Source: Alphaproteobacteria bacterium (GTDB lineage: Bacteria; Pseudomonadota; Alphaproteobacteria; Rhizobiales; Methyloligellaceae). Taken from it: 64,000 nt of DNA. The notes beneath the pieces are model-generated. The model was not told the origin of the DNA, did no database searches, and saw only the letters and a list, made by a program, of their open reading frames with translations. This document shows positions 51,352 to 62,543 of the stretch, piece by piece; positions within the stretch are counted from its first letter, which is position 1; each line of letters starts with the position of its first letter. A program made the position numbers and the translations under genes. The stretch lies in assembly GCA_016869535.1 (NCBI GenBank), contig VGDX01000011.1:23932-87931 (forward strand), written 5' to 3'.

Positions 51352-51445
51352 GCCTCATGCGGAAAAGATGCAGACAGGTAAGCACAAGGAGGCCTTGGCG
51401 CAACCCGGCCCCGCTTCTGGGCCGATTCAGGCTTAGCTTTCAAGG

Positions 51446-52444
51446 CTATGCCGTGTCGCGGTCGAGCGCGCGACGAATGGCCGAGGCTACCAGCTCGGTG
51501 TCGTTCACCGGCTCGTAGTTCCACGATTCGAGTTTGCCTTCGAAAGGACGCGTGGCGCCGCGCTCGCGCATCAACGCGTGAAAGCGGGCAAGCCGCGTCG
51601 AGCGGCCGGGTAGCGATTGCACATAGACCGGCTTGCCGGTGCCTGCTGCTTCCGTGACCATATTGACCGAGTCCTCGGTGACCACGATGGCATCGGCGTG
51701 CGCGAGGAAGGCGTGATAGGGATTGTCGCCCGTGCCGTCCCACAGGAAATGCGGCACTTTCGCGATGGCATGCGCGAGCGCGGCGAGCGAAATTTCGTCG
51801 GTTCGGCGCGAAGGTGTGACGAGCAACGATCCGCCGGTCTCGCGCGCGAGCCTGGCGAGCATCGCACCGAGCGTTCCGGCAGCTTGCGGTGGGAATCTGA
51901 AGGCCTGGCTATCGCCGCCGAGCAGCACGGCGATACGCGGATGGGGCAGGGGGTCGATGCGCGCCGCGAATTCCTTCGCGGCACCGGCAAGTCGTTCGGG
52001 CGTCACGCCATGCACCGCGCCGAAGGTGATGATCACGTTGTCTCCGGTCAGATTGTCGTGCACCGGCGCCGCCACCAGGTCGAACAGCTTGACCGGGACT
52101 TTCGGATTCTGGATATGCAGGGCGAAGGCGTCCGAGACGCTCTTCACGGCCAGCGCAATCGGCACGCTGCGCCGCCCAATGGAGATGATGAGGCGCGGCC
52201 AGGGCGCTGCGAGATGTCCGTCGGAATTGACTGCGCCGAGAAGACGCGCGGGCGGCACCAGAAGCTGCAGGGGCGCCGGCAGCAGGCTCAGGGCGCCTGT
52301 GACGCGTACGCGCTTGAGGCTGAAGGGCAGCCCCACCGCTTCGGCAATGGCAAGCCCTTGGGCCTCCATGCCGACCGCACCGTCGGTCAGAATCCAGGTC
52401 TGGGCCTCGGCCTCGCTGGAATTTTTGGAACGAGGAACGGTCAA
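51446..52444 (-). CDS. ELM1-family (mitochondrial fission ELM1-like) protein
   Basis: WILTDG..GM..Q..AIA, VLLGG, SRRT, NPY..FL and VTEDSVNMVTEA. Confidence 0.82.
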   Translation of the reverse strand: MTVPRSKNSSEAEAQTWILTDGAVGMEAQGLAIAEAVGLPFSLKRVRVTGALSLLPAPLQLLVPPARLLGAVNSDGHLAAPWPRLIISIGRRSVPIALAVKSVSDAFALHIQNPKVPVKLFDLVAAPVHDNLTGDNVIITFGAVHGVTPERLAGAAKEFAARIDPLPHPRIAVLLGGDSQAFRFPPQAAGTLGAMLARLARETGGSLLVTPSRRTDEISLAALAHAIAKVPHFLWDGTGDNPYHAFLAHADAIVVTEDSVNMVTEAAGTGKPVYVQSLPGRSTRLARFHALMRERGATRPFEGKLESWNYEPVNDTELVASAIRRALDRDTA

Positions 52445-52552
52445 TTTCTTTTCGATTCTTAGGGCTGAAGGACGTAAAATTGCGCAACCTTAATACCAGC
52501 CGCGACTTCCGCCTTCTAGCGCGCGGCCCTAGTCATCGTCCAGGGAGGACCC

Positions 52553-53053
52553 ATGCGCCGCGCCCGCCTCGATGCCACCGATTGGCGCATCCTGCGCGCG
52601 CTCCAGGAGGAGGGCCGCATCACCAATGTCGAGCTCGCCCGCCGTGTCGGCATCTCGGCGCCACCATGCCTGCGCCGCGTGCGGGCCCTGGAAGAGGCGG
52701 GCATCATCGATGGCTTCACCGCGTGCCTCAACGACAAAGCGCTTGGCTTCGATGTGACCGCCTTCGCCATGGTCGGGTTGCACAGCCAGGCGGAGGCCGA
52801 CCTCATCGCCTTCGAGGAGCGGGCCCGCTCCTCTCCCATCGTGCGCGACTGTTTCATGCTGTCGGGCGAAATCGATTTCCTGCTCAAATGCGTCGCGCCG
52901 GACCTGACCACGTTTCAGGAATTCATCATTCACGAGCTGACGGCCGCGCCGAACGTGGCGAGCGTGAAGACCTCGCTCGTGATCCGCGCCTCGAAACATG
53001 CGCCCGGCGTGCCCATGGAACTGGTGGGCGAAGGTAACGGCGATTCCACCTAG
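52553..53053 (+). CDS. Lrp/AsnC-family transcriptional regulator
   Basis: LDATDWRIL..LQ..GRITNVELA and CLRRVRALEE. Confidence 0.92.
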   Translation: MRRARLDATDWRILRALQEEGRITNVELARRVGISAPPCLRRVRALEEAGIIDGFTACLNDKALGFDVTAFAMVGLHSQAEADLIAFEERARSSPIVRDCFMLSGEIDFLLKCVAPDLTTFQEFIIHELTAAPNVASVKTSLVIRASKHAPGVPMELVGEGNGDST

Positions 53054-53057
53054 CGTC

Positions 53058-54116
53058 ATGAACGACACGCGCAATCCGGTTCTGGTCGAAATCGTCAGGG
53101 GAGATTTGGTCGAGAGCCGTCACGCCGGCGCCGTCGCCATTGCCGACGCGCAAGGGCGCTTGGTACTTGCGCTCGGCGATGTCGAGCGCCCCATCTATCC
53201 GCGCTCGGCGATCAAGGCGCTACAGGCGCTGCCTTTGATCGAGAGCGGCGCCGCCGACGCATTCGGGCTCGATGCCGAGGAACTCGCGGTCGCTTGCGCC
53301 TCGCATAGCGGCGATACCATCCATGTGGCTGCGGTGCGGCGGCTGCTTGGCAAGGCCGGTCTCGATGAGAGTTATCTCGCCTGCGGGGCGCATTGGCCGG
53401 TGAGCGAGACGGCGATGGAGTCGTTGCTGCGCGCCGTCAAACGGCCGCAAGCGATCCACAACAATTGCTCGGGCAAACATGCCGGCATGCTGGCGACCGC
53501 AATCCATCTCGGGTTGTCGCCGAAAGGCTATGAACGGGTTGACCACCCCGTGCAGATCGCCATCGCGGCAATCCTGTCGGAACTTTGCGGCATCGAGCTG
53601 GACCGGGCGCATGCCGGCATCGACGGCTGCTCGGTGCCGACCTTCGCCCTGCCGCTCAGTGCCTTGGCGCGCGGCTTCGCCCGGTTCGGCACCGGCGAAG
53701 AACTGTCGCCATCAAGGGCGAACGCCGCACTGCGGCTCATGCAGGCCTGCTTCGCCGCGCCGGTTCTGGTCGCCGGCGAGGGCCGCTTCGACACCCTGGT
53801 CCTACAAGGACTGGCGCCGCAGGCCTTCGTCAAGGGCGGCGCCGAAGGCGTGCATTGCGGCGTTCTGCCGGAACTTGGCCTTGGCTTCGCACTGAAGATC
53901 GACGACGGCGCCAAGCGCGCCGATGAGCGGACGGTCGCAGAACTCCTTGCCACCCTCCTGCCCAAAGCTCGCACGGTGCTCGCCGGCCAATTGCAAGGCG
54001 AGATACGCAACTGGCGCGGGTTGAAAGTGGGGCGCTTGGCAGCGAGCGCGGAGCTGCAAGAGGCGGCCGCTTCGCTCGCTACGCCACGGCGTCCGTCCGG
54101 GAGAGCGGCGCGCTGA
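53058..54116 (+). CDS. ansA: L-asparaginase II (rhizobial type)
   Basis: RG..VES.H, RSAIK, NNCSGKHAGM, DGCSVP and KGGAEG. Confidence 0.85.
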   Translation: MNDTRNPVLVEIVRGDLVESRHAGAVAIADAQGRLVLALGDVERPIYPRSAIKALQALPLIESGAADAFGLDAEELAVACASHSGDTIHVAAVRRLLGKAGLDESYLACGAHWPVSETAMESLLRAVKRPQAIHNNCSGKHAGMLATAIHLGLSPKGYERVDHPVQIAIAAILSELCGIELDRAHAGIDGCSVPTFALPLSALARGFARFGTGEELSPSRANAALRLMQACFAAPVLVAGEGRFDTLVLQGLAPQAFVKGGAEGVHCGVLPELGLGFALKIDDGAKRADERTVAELLATLLPKARTVLAGQLQGEIRNWRGLKVGRLAASAELQEAAASLATPRRPSGRAAR

Positions 54117-54930
54117 CGGCGATGTCGATATAGGCGTTGCGGATCGTGTTCTTGGTGAAGCTCACGCCACGCGTATCCTCGCCGATCAGAATGCCGTAGG
54201 CCGGCGCGCCGTCGATGACATTGCCGCGCATAATGGCTCCGCCATCGACCACGATACCAATGCCGCTATGCAACAGCGTCTTGCGTAGATACAGGTCGCG
54301 GATAACGTTGTCTCTGACCACGACTGAGCTGTTGTCCGGCGCGCCGGAGAGTGAAAGTCCCGTGGCGGCTTGCTCGATCGCATTGTCGATGATTGCCAGA
54401 TCGCCACATTCCACAATCAAGAGCGCCGTGCCGCCGATCCGGCTGATCCTGCTTCCGGCGATGCGCCCCGAGACGCATTGCAGCGCGACACCGTCCGCGC
54501 TGCTCCCCATAAAGTGGCACTTACGGATATCGAGTCCCGATACATTGTCCGCTACGAGCAATGCGCCATCCCTATCGAGCGCCTGCTGATTGCCGTCGAG
54601 CACGAGGCCTGAAAGTCCCACATTGTCGGCCGCCTCCACCTTGAAGATCGCTTCGCCGCGCGAACGGAGGATGGTCCGCCCCGGCACGCCTCTGATCCGC
54701 GCGCCCGAGCGTAGCGTGAGGCGGCCGGTCGCATAGATCCCGGCGGGAAGGATCAGGTGAATGCCTGACAGTGCCGCCCGGTCGATGGCCGCCTGCAGGG
54801 AAGCGGTCTGATCGACTGTGTCGCCGCCCGGCGCGGGGGCTTCGCGGGCGCGCGATAGGACCGGCAGAGCCAGAGCTGCCAAGCCGAAGCCCAAGCTCGC
54901 AAGCATCATTTGCCGCCGCGCGATCTCCAT
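54079..54930 (-). CDS. TIGR03808-like Tat-exported right-handed beta-helix protein, shortened
   Basis: ARRQMM twin-Arg leader, DQT..LQAAID, LPAGIY and GVPGRT, plus beta-helix repeats. 283 aa. Confidence 0.7.
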   Translation of the reverse strand: MEIARRQMMLASLGFGLAALALPVLSRAREAPAPGGDTVDQTASLQAAIDRAALSGIHLILPAGIYATGRLTLRSGARIRGVPGRTILRSRGEAIFKVEAADNVGLSGLVLDGNQQALDRDGALLVADNVSGLDIRKCHFMGSSADGVALQCVSGRIAGSRISRIGGTALLIVECGDLAIIDNAIEQAATGLSLSGAPDNSSVVVRDNVIRDLYLRKTLLHSGIGIVVDGGAIMRGNVIDGAPAYGILIGEDTRGVSFTKNTIRNAYIDIAVSAPLSRTDAVA

Positions 54931-54931
54931 C

Positions 54932-55609
54932 TCACGCATCCTGCCGCAAAGATTCGGAGACCGCGAGCGGAACGGCAGAAAGGGTCTCCCTTGTTCTGGA
55001 CTCTCTCGCGGGAAGATCGAGAACAAAACGCAGCGTCTCTTGCGCTCCGCGCAGAAGCTCGGCTTCGCTGCAAGCACCGCCATGGGCCGCTCTCTGCGGG
55101 ATATGAACGAAGACGGCGATGGTGGGCCTGTCCTGCCGCGATGCCCAGGCAAGCGCCCGGTAATACAGAAAATTGCAGAGATAACGTCCGGCCGAGCGCG
55201 ACACTGCCGCTTCAAGCCCGTGTGCCCGCAAATATGCCGCCAGGGAAGCAGCCGGAAACTCTGTATCGAGGCGGGCCGGTCCCTCGGCGAGCACCGCATC
55301 TGACGCGGGCAACGCGCCGCCAATGTCGGCACGGCGGGCGACGCGATTATGCGCCGAGCGCTCGATGCGGAAGCCTTGGGCGCGCTGGCAAAGGCCGAAG
55401 TGAATCATGATCTCGGGCTTGAGCACCTCGAAGAGAGACGGCGTGAGCGCGGCCACGCTCTCCCACGAAGTGGGCAGGATCTCGGCCTGCAGCGTGCCGG
55501 CAACGCCCCGGGTTTCGCCGGCCAAAGCCTCTGCCAGCCAGGCCGACGGATTGTCGGGAACGCCTGGAAACGGGCCAAAACCGGTAATGAGCACGCGCGG
55601 GCCAGACAT
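54932..55609 (-). CDS. pcp: Pyroglutamyl-peptidase I
   Basis: LITGFGPF...NPS, E in RIERSA, AGRYLCN (Cys) and FVHIP (His). Confidence 0.88.
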   Translation of the reverse strand: MSGPRVLITGFGPFPGVPDNPSAWLAEALAGETRGVAGTLQAEILPTSWESVAALTPSLFEVLKPEIMIHFGLCQRAQGFRIERSAHNRVARRADIGGALPASDAVLAEGPARLDTEFPAASLAAYLRAHGLEAAVSRSAGRYLCNFLYYRALAWASRQDRPTIAVFVHIPQRAAHGGACSEAELLRGAQETLRFVLDLPARESRTRETLSAVPLAVSESLRQDA

Positions 55610-55685
55610 GCCATGGACTTACAAGCCCGTTACGCGCGTGAAAAGCGATTTTGAGTGAGGGCGCCAGGGCGGCGAAATTCGGCTG

Positions 55686-55889
55686 TTACTTGCCTTTTTC
55701 GTGCTCCAGCGCCAGGAGCACGAGTTGCTCGATCGCCCTCTTGCGCCGCGGCTGATCGTGCTGCGCCCGCCGCCATTCGTCCAGCTCCCGGCGCAAGGAA
55801 AGCCGGAATGGCACGGCAACGTGCCGTCTCCGTTTAGCGGCCGGCTCCCGTTTCTGTTTCGGCCGTTTTTCGTTATTGGGCGGGCTCAC
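55686..55889 (-). CDS. Small ribbon-helix-helix-like protein
   Basis: HVAVPF-RLSLRRELDEWRR..-RKRAIEQLV. GGGAG SD. GTG start overlaps the upstream TGA. Confidence 0.55.
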   Translation of the reverse strand: MSPPNNEKRPKQKREPAAKRRRHVAVPFRLSLRRELDEWRRAQHDQPRRKRAIEQLVLLALEHEKGK

Positions 55890-56188
55890 ATCAATCTCCC
55901 ATGACCGCGCTCGTGCCCGTGCCCGTTCCCATTCCCGCGCATCTTGCCGTTCTGGCTGTACGGCCCGCTATGAACGATGATGATCCCGGATTTAGTGCCC
56001 TTGATCGCCCGCTCGACCAGCCGTCGCATGGCCTCCGGCCGGGACGGCAAATCCTTTTGCTCCCGCCGCCACTGATCGATCTGCCGCAGCAAAGCCCGCC
56101 GGCACCTGACAGTCACATACCGCCCTCGTTCGTGCTTGCGCTTGTAGGAGCGGGTGGGGCGCGTAACGAGTGATAGCCGCTGCCTCAT
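55886..56188 (-). CDS. Ribbon-helix-helix (CopG-like) protein with Gly/His-rich tail
   Basis: YVTVR...IDQWRREQKDLPSRPEAMRRLVE. GGGAGG upstream. Confidence 0.65.
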   Translation of the reverse strand: MRQRLSLVTRPTRSYKRKHERGRYVTVRCRRALLRQIDQWRREQKDLPSRPEAMRRLVERAIKGTKSGIIIVHSGPYSQNGKMRGNGNGHGHERGHGRLM

Positions 56189-56280
56189 AGGCCCCCATCC
56201 TCCCAGCTAAGACTCATTACTCTGCGCGCCGCCCTTTGCCAATCGTGCTGCGGCGGCTCGTGCAGTTTTTCCAGGTGAGC

Positions 56281-57288
56281 TTATGGTGTTTTCTTGATAC
56301 CGGCTATCTCCCCCAGCTCGATTGCAGCGGCGGCCGGTGTCAACTTGCCCGCGCGCACCTTATCCTCGAGCTCCTGCCAGTGACGGGCGGCGCGCTTGCC
56401 GCCCTTGAAGGCGGCGAGCAGGCGCTGCTCGAAGATCTCGCGCATCCAGGCCACCGCCTGCTCGGCCCGTCGCGCGGATAAAGCGCCGGACTTGGCGAGA
56501 GCGGTATGTCGCGCCTCGATCTTCTCCCACATGACGTCGAGATCGCGATTGTCGCGTGCCGAGATGGTGAGCACCTGCGGGTCCCAGTTCGTATGGCCAG
56601 CGGCGAGGATGTGCAGCGCGGTCTTGTATTCCATGGCGGCGCGATTGGCGCGCTCGACATTGTCGCCTTCCGCCTTGTTGACGGCGATGATGTCGGCGAG
56701 TTCCAGAAGTCCGCGCTTGATGCCTTGCAATTCGTCGCCGGCGCCAGGAATGGCTACCACCATGAACACATCGACCATGTTGGCGACCGCCGTTTCCGAC
56801 TGGCCGACGCCGACCGTCTCGACCAGCACTACGTCGTAGCCGGCGGCTTCGGCCAGCGCGATGCTCTCGCGCGTGGTCTTGGTCACGCCGCCGAGACTGT
56901 CGCCGGCAGGCGAGGGGCGGATGAAGGCGTTGGTTTCGGCGGCAAGACGGCTCATGCGGGTCTTGTCGCCGAGGATCGAGCCGCCGCTCCGCGACGAGGT
57001 GGGGTCGACCGCCATCACCGCGACCTTGCGGCCTTGCCCCAGCAGATTGACCCCGAGCTGATCGATCAGCGTGGATTTGCCCGCGCCCGGCACGCCGCTG
57101 ATACCGACGCGGATCGCCTTGCCGGTATATGGCAGGAGGCGTTCGAGCAACTCTTGCGCCGCCTCCTGATCCTCCGGCTTGGCGCTTTCCACCAGCGTGA
57201 TGGCGCGCGCCAGCGCCACGCGGTCGCCGCCGCTTATCGCCTTGGCGATCTGCTCGATATTATTACGGGTTTTCTCCTTAGCGCTCAT
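56281..57288 (-). CDS. meaB: Methylmalonyl-CoA mutase-associated GTPase
   Basis: GVPGAGKST, AVDPTS..SGGSILGDKTRM, ETVGVGQSE and NKAE. Confidence 0.95.
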   Translation of the reverse strand: MSAKEKTRNNIEQIAKAISGGDRVALARAITLVESAKPEDQEAAQELLERLLPYTGKAIRVGISGVPGAGKSTLIDQLGVNLLGQGRKVAVMAVDPTSSRSGGSILGDKTRMSRLAAETNAFIRPSPAGDSLGGVTKTTRESIALAEAAGYDVVLVETVGVGQSETAVANMVDVFMVVAIPGAGDELQGIKRGLLELADIIAVNKAEGDNVERANRAAMEYKTALHILAAGHTNWDPQVLTISARDNRDLDVMWEKIEARHTALAKSGALSARRAEQAVAWMREIFEQRLLAAFKGGKRAARHWQELEDKVRAGKLTPAAAAIELGEIAGIKKTP

Positions 57289-57356
57289 GCCGAGCGGGGT
57301 AGGGTGAAAACCCGTTCCATGCAAGGTCGATTCGTCAGAAAGCACGGCGGCAGGAT

Positions 57357-58307
57357 TTATTTCTGCCCAATGGTCTGGGGATCCGGTCCGTTATTGGTGT
57401 TTCCGTCGATCCGGTTATTGCCGTAGGAGAGAAACCGGGCGCCATCGACGAAGTTCGATCCAGTGGCATTTGCCGTGATGACCGTATCGGCCGCACGAAT
57501 CGTGGAATTGCTGCCGTTGCCACGTAGCCCGTTGCTCCCATTGAATGAGATCGTCAGGCGCTGGATCATAACCTGTGAGGCACCGGTACCCGCCGGGGCA
57601 TTGCTTACCACGCCATTGCTGCCGTTACCGGTAACCAGGCTGTCGGTGAGAGTGGCATTGATGATGCTAGCGGCGACCGTGCTCTCGGCCCTGAACCCGA
57701 CAGTCACGTTGTTCTCGATACGCACATTACTCAGCATCACACGCGCACTGCCTGCTCCCGACGGTTGCACCTGAACGCCACTATTGTTGCTCGAGATGAA
57801 ACTGTCGGAAACATAAAGCTCAGCGTTCGCGGTGGTCGGCGCGAAGATAATTCCGTTGCCGTTGGGCGCGGCGGCCTGGAAGCCCCTAACCAGGCATTTC
57901 TGCACGTGCAGGGCCGAGCCGTTGAGAAAGCGGATGCCGTTCAGACCGCTTATGGTGCCATCGATGTCGAGGCCACGCAGCACGACGACGATGCCGGCGC
58001 CGTTGATGATGATGCCATTCGTGACCGTGGCCAGCACGCCGCCGAGGACATTTTCACAATTTATGGTGATCGATTTGGTGATGGTCACCGCGCCGAAACC
58101 GCCGGAATCGATGCAGTTGATCTCCCCGTTCGCCGCCGTCTTCGAGATGGCCCCAGGGAAGGTCTTGCAGGGTGCCGTACGGCTGCACGGATTGGCATCG
58201 TCGCCGAGACCCGAGACCCATGTCCGGGAGGCTTGCGCCTCGGCATGCTCCGTGAAGAGCAGGGTGGCGACCGCGACCGCCGGCAGGAGGAATCCGCGTA
58301 TCCTCAT
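57357..58307 (-). CDS. Secreted right-handed parallel beta-helix protein
   Basis: Signal peptide ending AEA, RTWVSG.GDD.NPCSRTAPCKTF, Asn/Gly-ladder repeats. Confidence 0.8.
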   Translation of the reverse strand: MRIRGFLLPAVAVATLLFTEHAEAQASRTWVSGLGDDANPCSRTAPCKTFPGAISKTAANGEINCIDSGGFGAVTITKSITINCENVLGGVLATVTNGIIINGAGIVVVLRGLDIDGTISGLNGIRFLNGSALHVQKCLVRGFQAAAPNGNGIIFAPTTANAELYVSDSFISSNNSGVQVQPSGAGSARVMLSNVRIENNVTVGFRAESTVAASIINATLTDSLVTGNGSNGVVSNAPAGTGASQVMIQRLTISFNGSNGLRGNGSNSTIRAADTVITANATGSNFVDGARFLSYGNNRIDGNTNNGPDPQTIGQK

Positions 58308-58376
58308 CTGAGCCGTACCCGCGACTGAGTGCTTTGCCCACAATAACGCCAGGGAAGGGATACCGCTAGAGACTCT

Positions 58377-60542
<2,166 letters not shown>

Positions 60543-60548
60543 CGGCGT

Positions 60549-62369
60549 CTAGATCTGATCGTAAGCGGCTTCGAGAATGTCTAGCGTATCACAGCCCTGG
60601 TGAATGAACGTGCTGATGCCCGCCTGCTCAAATTCGGCTGGGTTGCCGGGTTTGCCGGCGAGATAAACGCGGTTGGCGCCGGCGTCGAGCAGCGCCTTGG
60701 CCGCATCCTCTGCCTCGGCGGCATAGATTTTGTCCGACGAGCAGAGGCAAGCGAGCTTCGCACCCGACGCCTTGAAGCCTTTCGCCACGTCACCGCTGCC
60801 CTCAACCGCCTCGATGCCGCCGGCTTCGAACAGGCTCTTGGCGAAGCTGGCGCGCGCATTGAAGTCCGATGGACGGCCGAGACAGGCGAGAAACACTTTC
60901 GGGCGCGCGCCGTGCTCGGCGAGATGTGCATCGCTTTTGTCGCGCAAGCGCTCGAACGGCTCGGCCAGACGTAGACGCGGTAGCGGTTCGATTTTGTCGC
61001 CAAACTTCTGCGGGGCCGCGGCTTGCGCCGATACGGCAATTGCGGCCTCGGCGAGATCGGGGAAGTCGCTCGAGCCGATGATGCTCTCTTTACGCCGCGC
61101 GACATTGGCTTCGCGTGCCTCCCGCACCTTGGCGATGGCTTGCTGGATCGAGCCGGATTCGAGCGCCTTGGCGGAACCGCCATCGCGCTCGATGTCCTGG
61201 AATATAAGCCAGGCCATTTCGCACAGCGCATCGGTCAGCGCTTCGATGGCGCCGGAGCCGGCGGCCGGGTCGGCGACGCGATGGATATTGGCTTCTTCGA
61301 TGAGGATGGTCTGGGTGTTGCGCGCTATGCGGCGGGCGAACGCATCGGGCACGCCGAGCGCGGCGCTGAACGGCAGCACGGTGATAGCGTCGGCGCCGCC
61401 GACCGCGGCCGCTAGCGCGGCGATGGTGCCGCGCACGATATTGCCGTGCGGGTCGCGCCGGGTCATCATGCGCCAGGCGGTCTCGGCGGCGACATAGGCA
61501 GGCTCGGGGGCAAGTCCGCTTGCTTCCTCGACCCGCGCCCACAATTTCCGCATGCTACGAAACTTGGCGACGGTGAGGAACTGATCCTGGTCGGCGGCGA
61601 GCCGGAAAAAGATGAGCCGCCGCGCCGCGTCGAGCGCGATGCCGGAAGCTTCAAGCGCCCGGAGATAGGCCAGGGCATTGGCGAGCGCGAAGGCAAGCTC
61701 CTGCGCTTCGGAGCCGCCGGCCGCATGCACGGGACGCGCATCGGCCACGGCGAACGGGCCCTTGAAGCCCTGACCGGCGAGATCGCCGATCATCCCGGCG
61801 ACCACAGGCGCGATGTCGCTCCACGGCTTCGGCAGGGCGCCATGCACGGCGAGCGCGCCGAGCGGATCGAAGCCGAAGCGCAATTTGACATCACCCGGCG
61901 CAAGCCCCGTCTCCTTGACGCGCTCGACCACGATGCGCGCCGCCTCGCGCGACGGCGGCCCGAAATCGAGTGCGACGTCGATGCCCCAATCGAGATGGAC
62001 GCCGTCGAGCGCACGGGCGATATCCGCCTCGCCATGCGGCAGGGCATAGCCGTAATCGCCGACCGCGCCGGCGAACACCAGCACCAGCCCGTTGGCGCCA
62101 TTGTTCAGGTCGTCGAGGATCTGCGCATTGGCCGCCGCAGCGTCGGGCAGGTCGATGCGTTGCGCCACCGCCCACGGCGCGCCGGCCGCGCGACCCGGTA
62201 TGACCGCGGACCCGCGCGCGCGCGCATAAAGCGGCGCAATGTCGATGCCGTCATAGCTCCGCGACGTCAGCGCCGAGAGTGGCGCGCCTTTCAGCGCCTC
62301 GGCGACGAGCGCCTTCCAATCCGCCTCGCCGGCGGTTGGGAAGTCGCGGGCCAGTGCAAGTTCCGCCAT
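60549..62369 (-). CDS. mcmB: Methylmalonyl-CoA mutase small (non-B12-binding) subunit
   Basis: Mutase fold (GI.IAPLY, RIARNTQ.IL.EE, DPAAGS) lacking the DxHxxG motif. Co-transcribed with mcmA. Confidence 0.9.
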   Translation of the reverse strand: MAELALARDFPTAGEADWKALVAEALKGAPLSALTSRSYDGIDIAPLYARARGSAVIPGRAAGAPWAVAQRIDLPDAAAANAQILDDLNNGANGLVLVFAGAVGDYGYALPHGEADIARALDGVHLDWGIDVALDFGPPSREAARIVVERVKETGLAPGDVKLRFGFDPLGALAVHGALPKPWSDIAPVVAGMIGDLAGQGFKGPFAVADARPVHAAGGSEAQELAFALANALAYLRALEASGIALDAARRLIFFRLAADQDQFLTVAKFRSMRKLWARVEEASGLAPEPAYVAAETAWRMMTRRDPHGNIVRGTIAALAAAVGGADAITVLPFSAALGVPDAFARRIARNTQTILIEEANIHRVADPAAGSGAIEALTDALCEMAWLIFQDIERDGGSAKALESGSIQQAIAKVREAREANVARRKESIIGSSDFPDLAEAAIAVSAQAAAPQKFGDKIEPLPRLRLAEPFERLRDKSDAHLAEHGARPKVFLACLGRPSDFNARASFAKSLFEAGGIEAVEGSGDVAKGFKASGAKLACLCSSDKIYAAEAEDAAKALLDAGANRVYLAGKPGNPAEFEQAGISTFIHQGCDTLDILEAAYDQI

Positions 62370-62543
62370 CGTCCTCATCTGTTTGCGCTACCGCGCTTCG
62401 CGCTGCTTGAGCGCTATTGCTCCTGTCCCCTCCTAGCATGAAGCGAACGCGCCACGGAACCGATGCGACGCCAAGGCCAGGCGCGGCTTTGCCGGGGGCT
62501 TAAGGCCAAGCTAGACTAGGCTCAGCGAGACGAGGGGGCGGCC

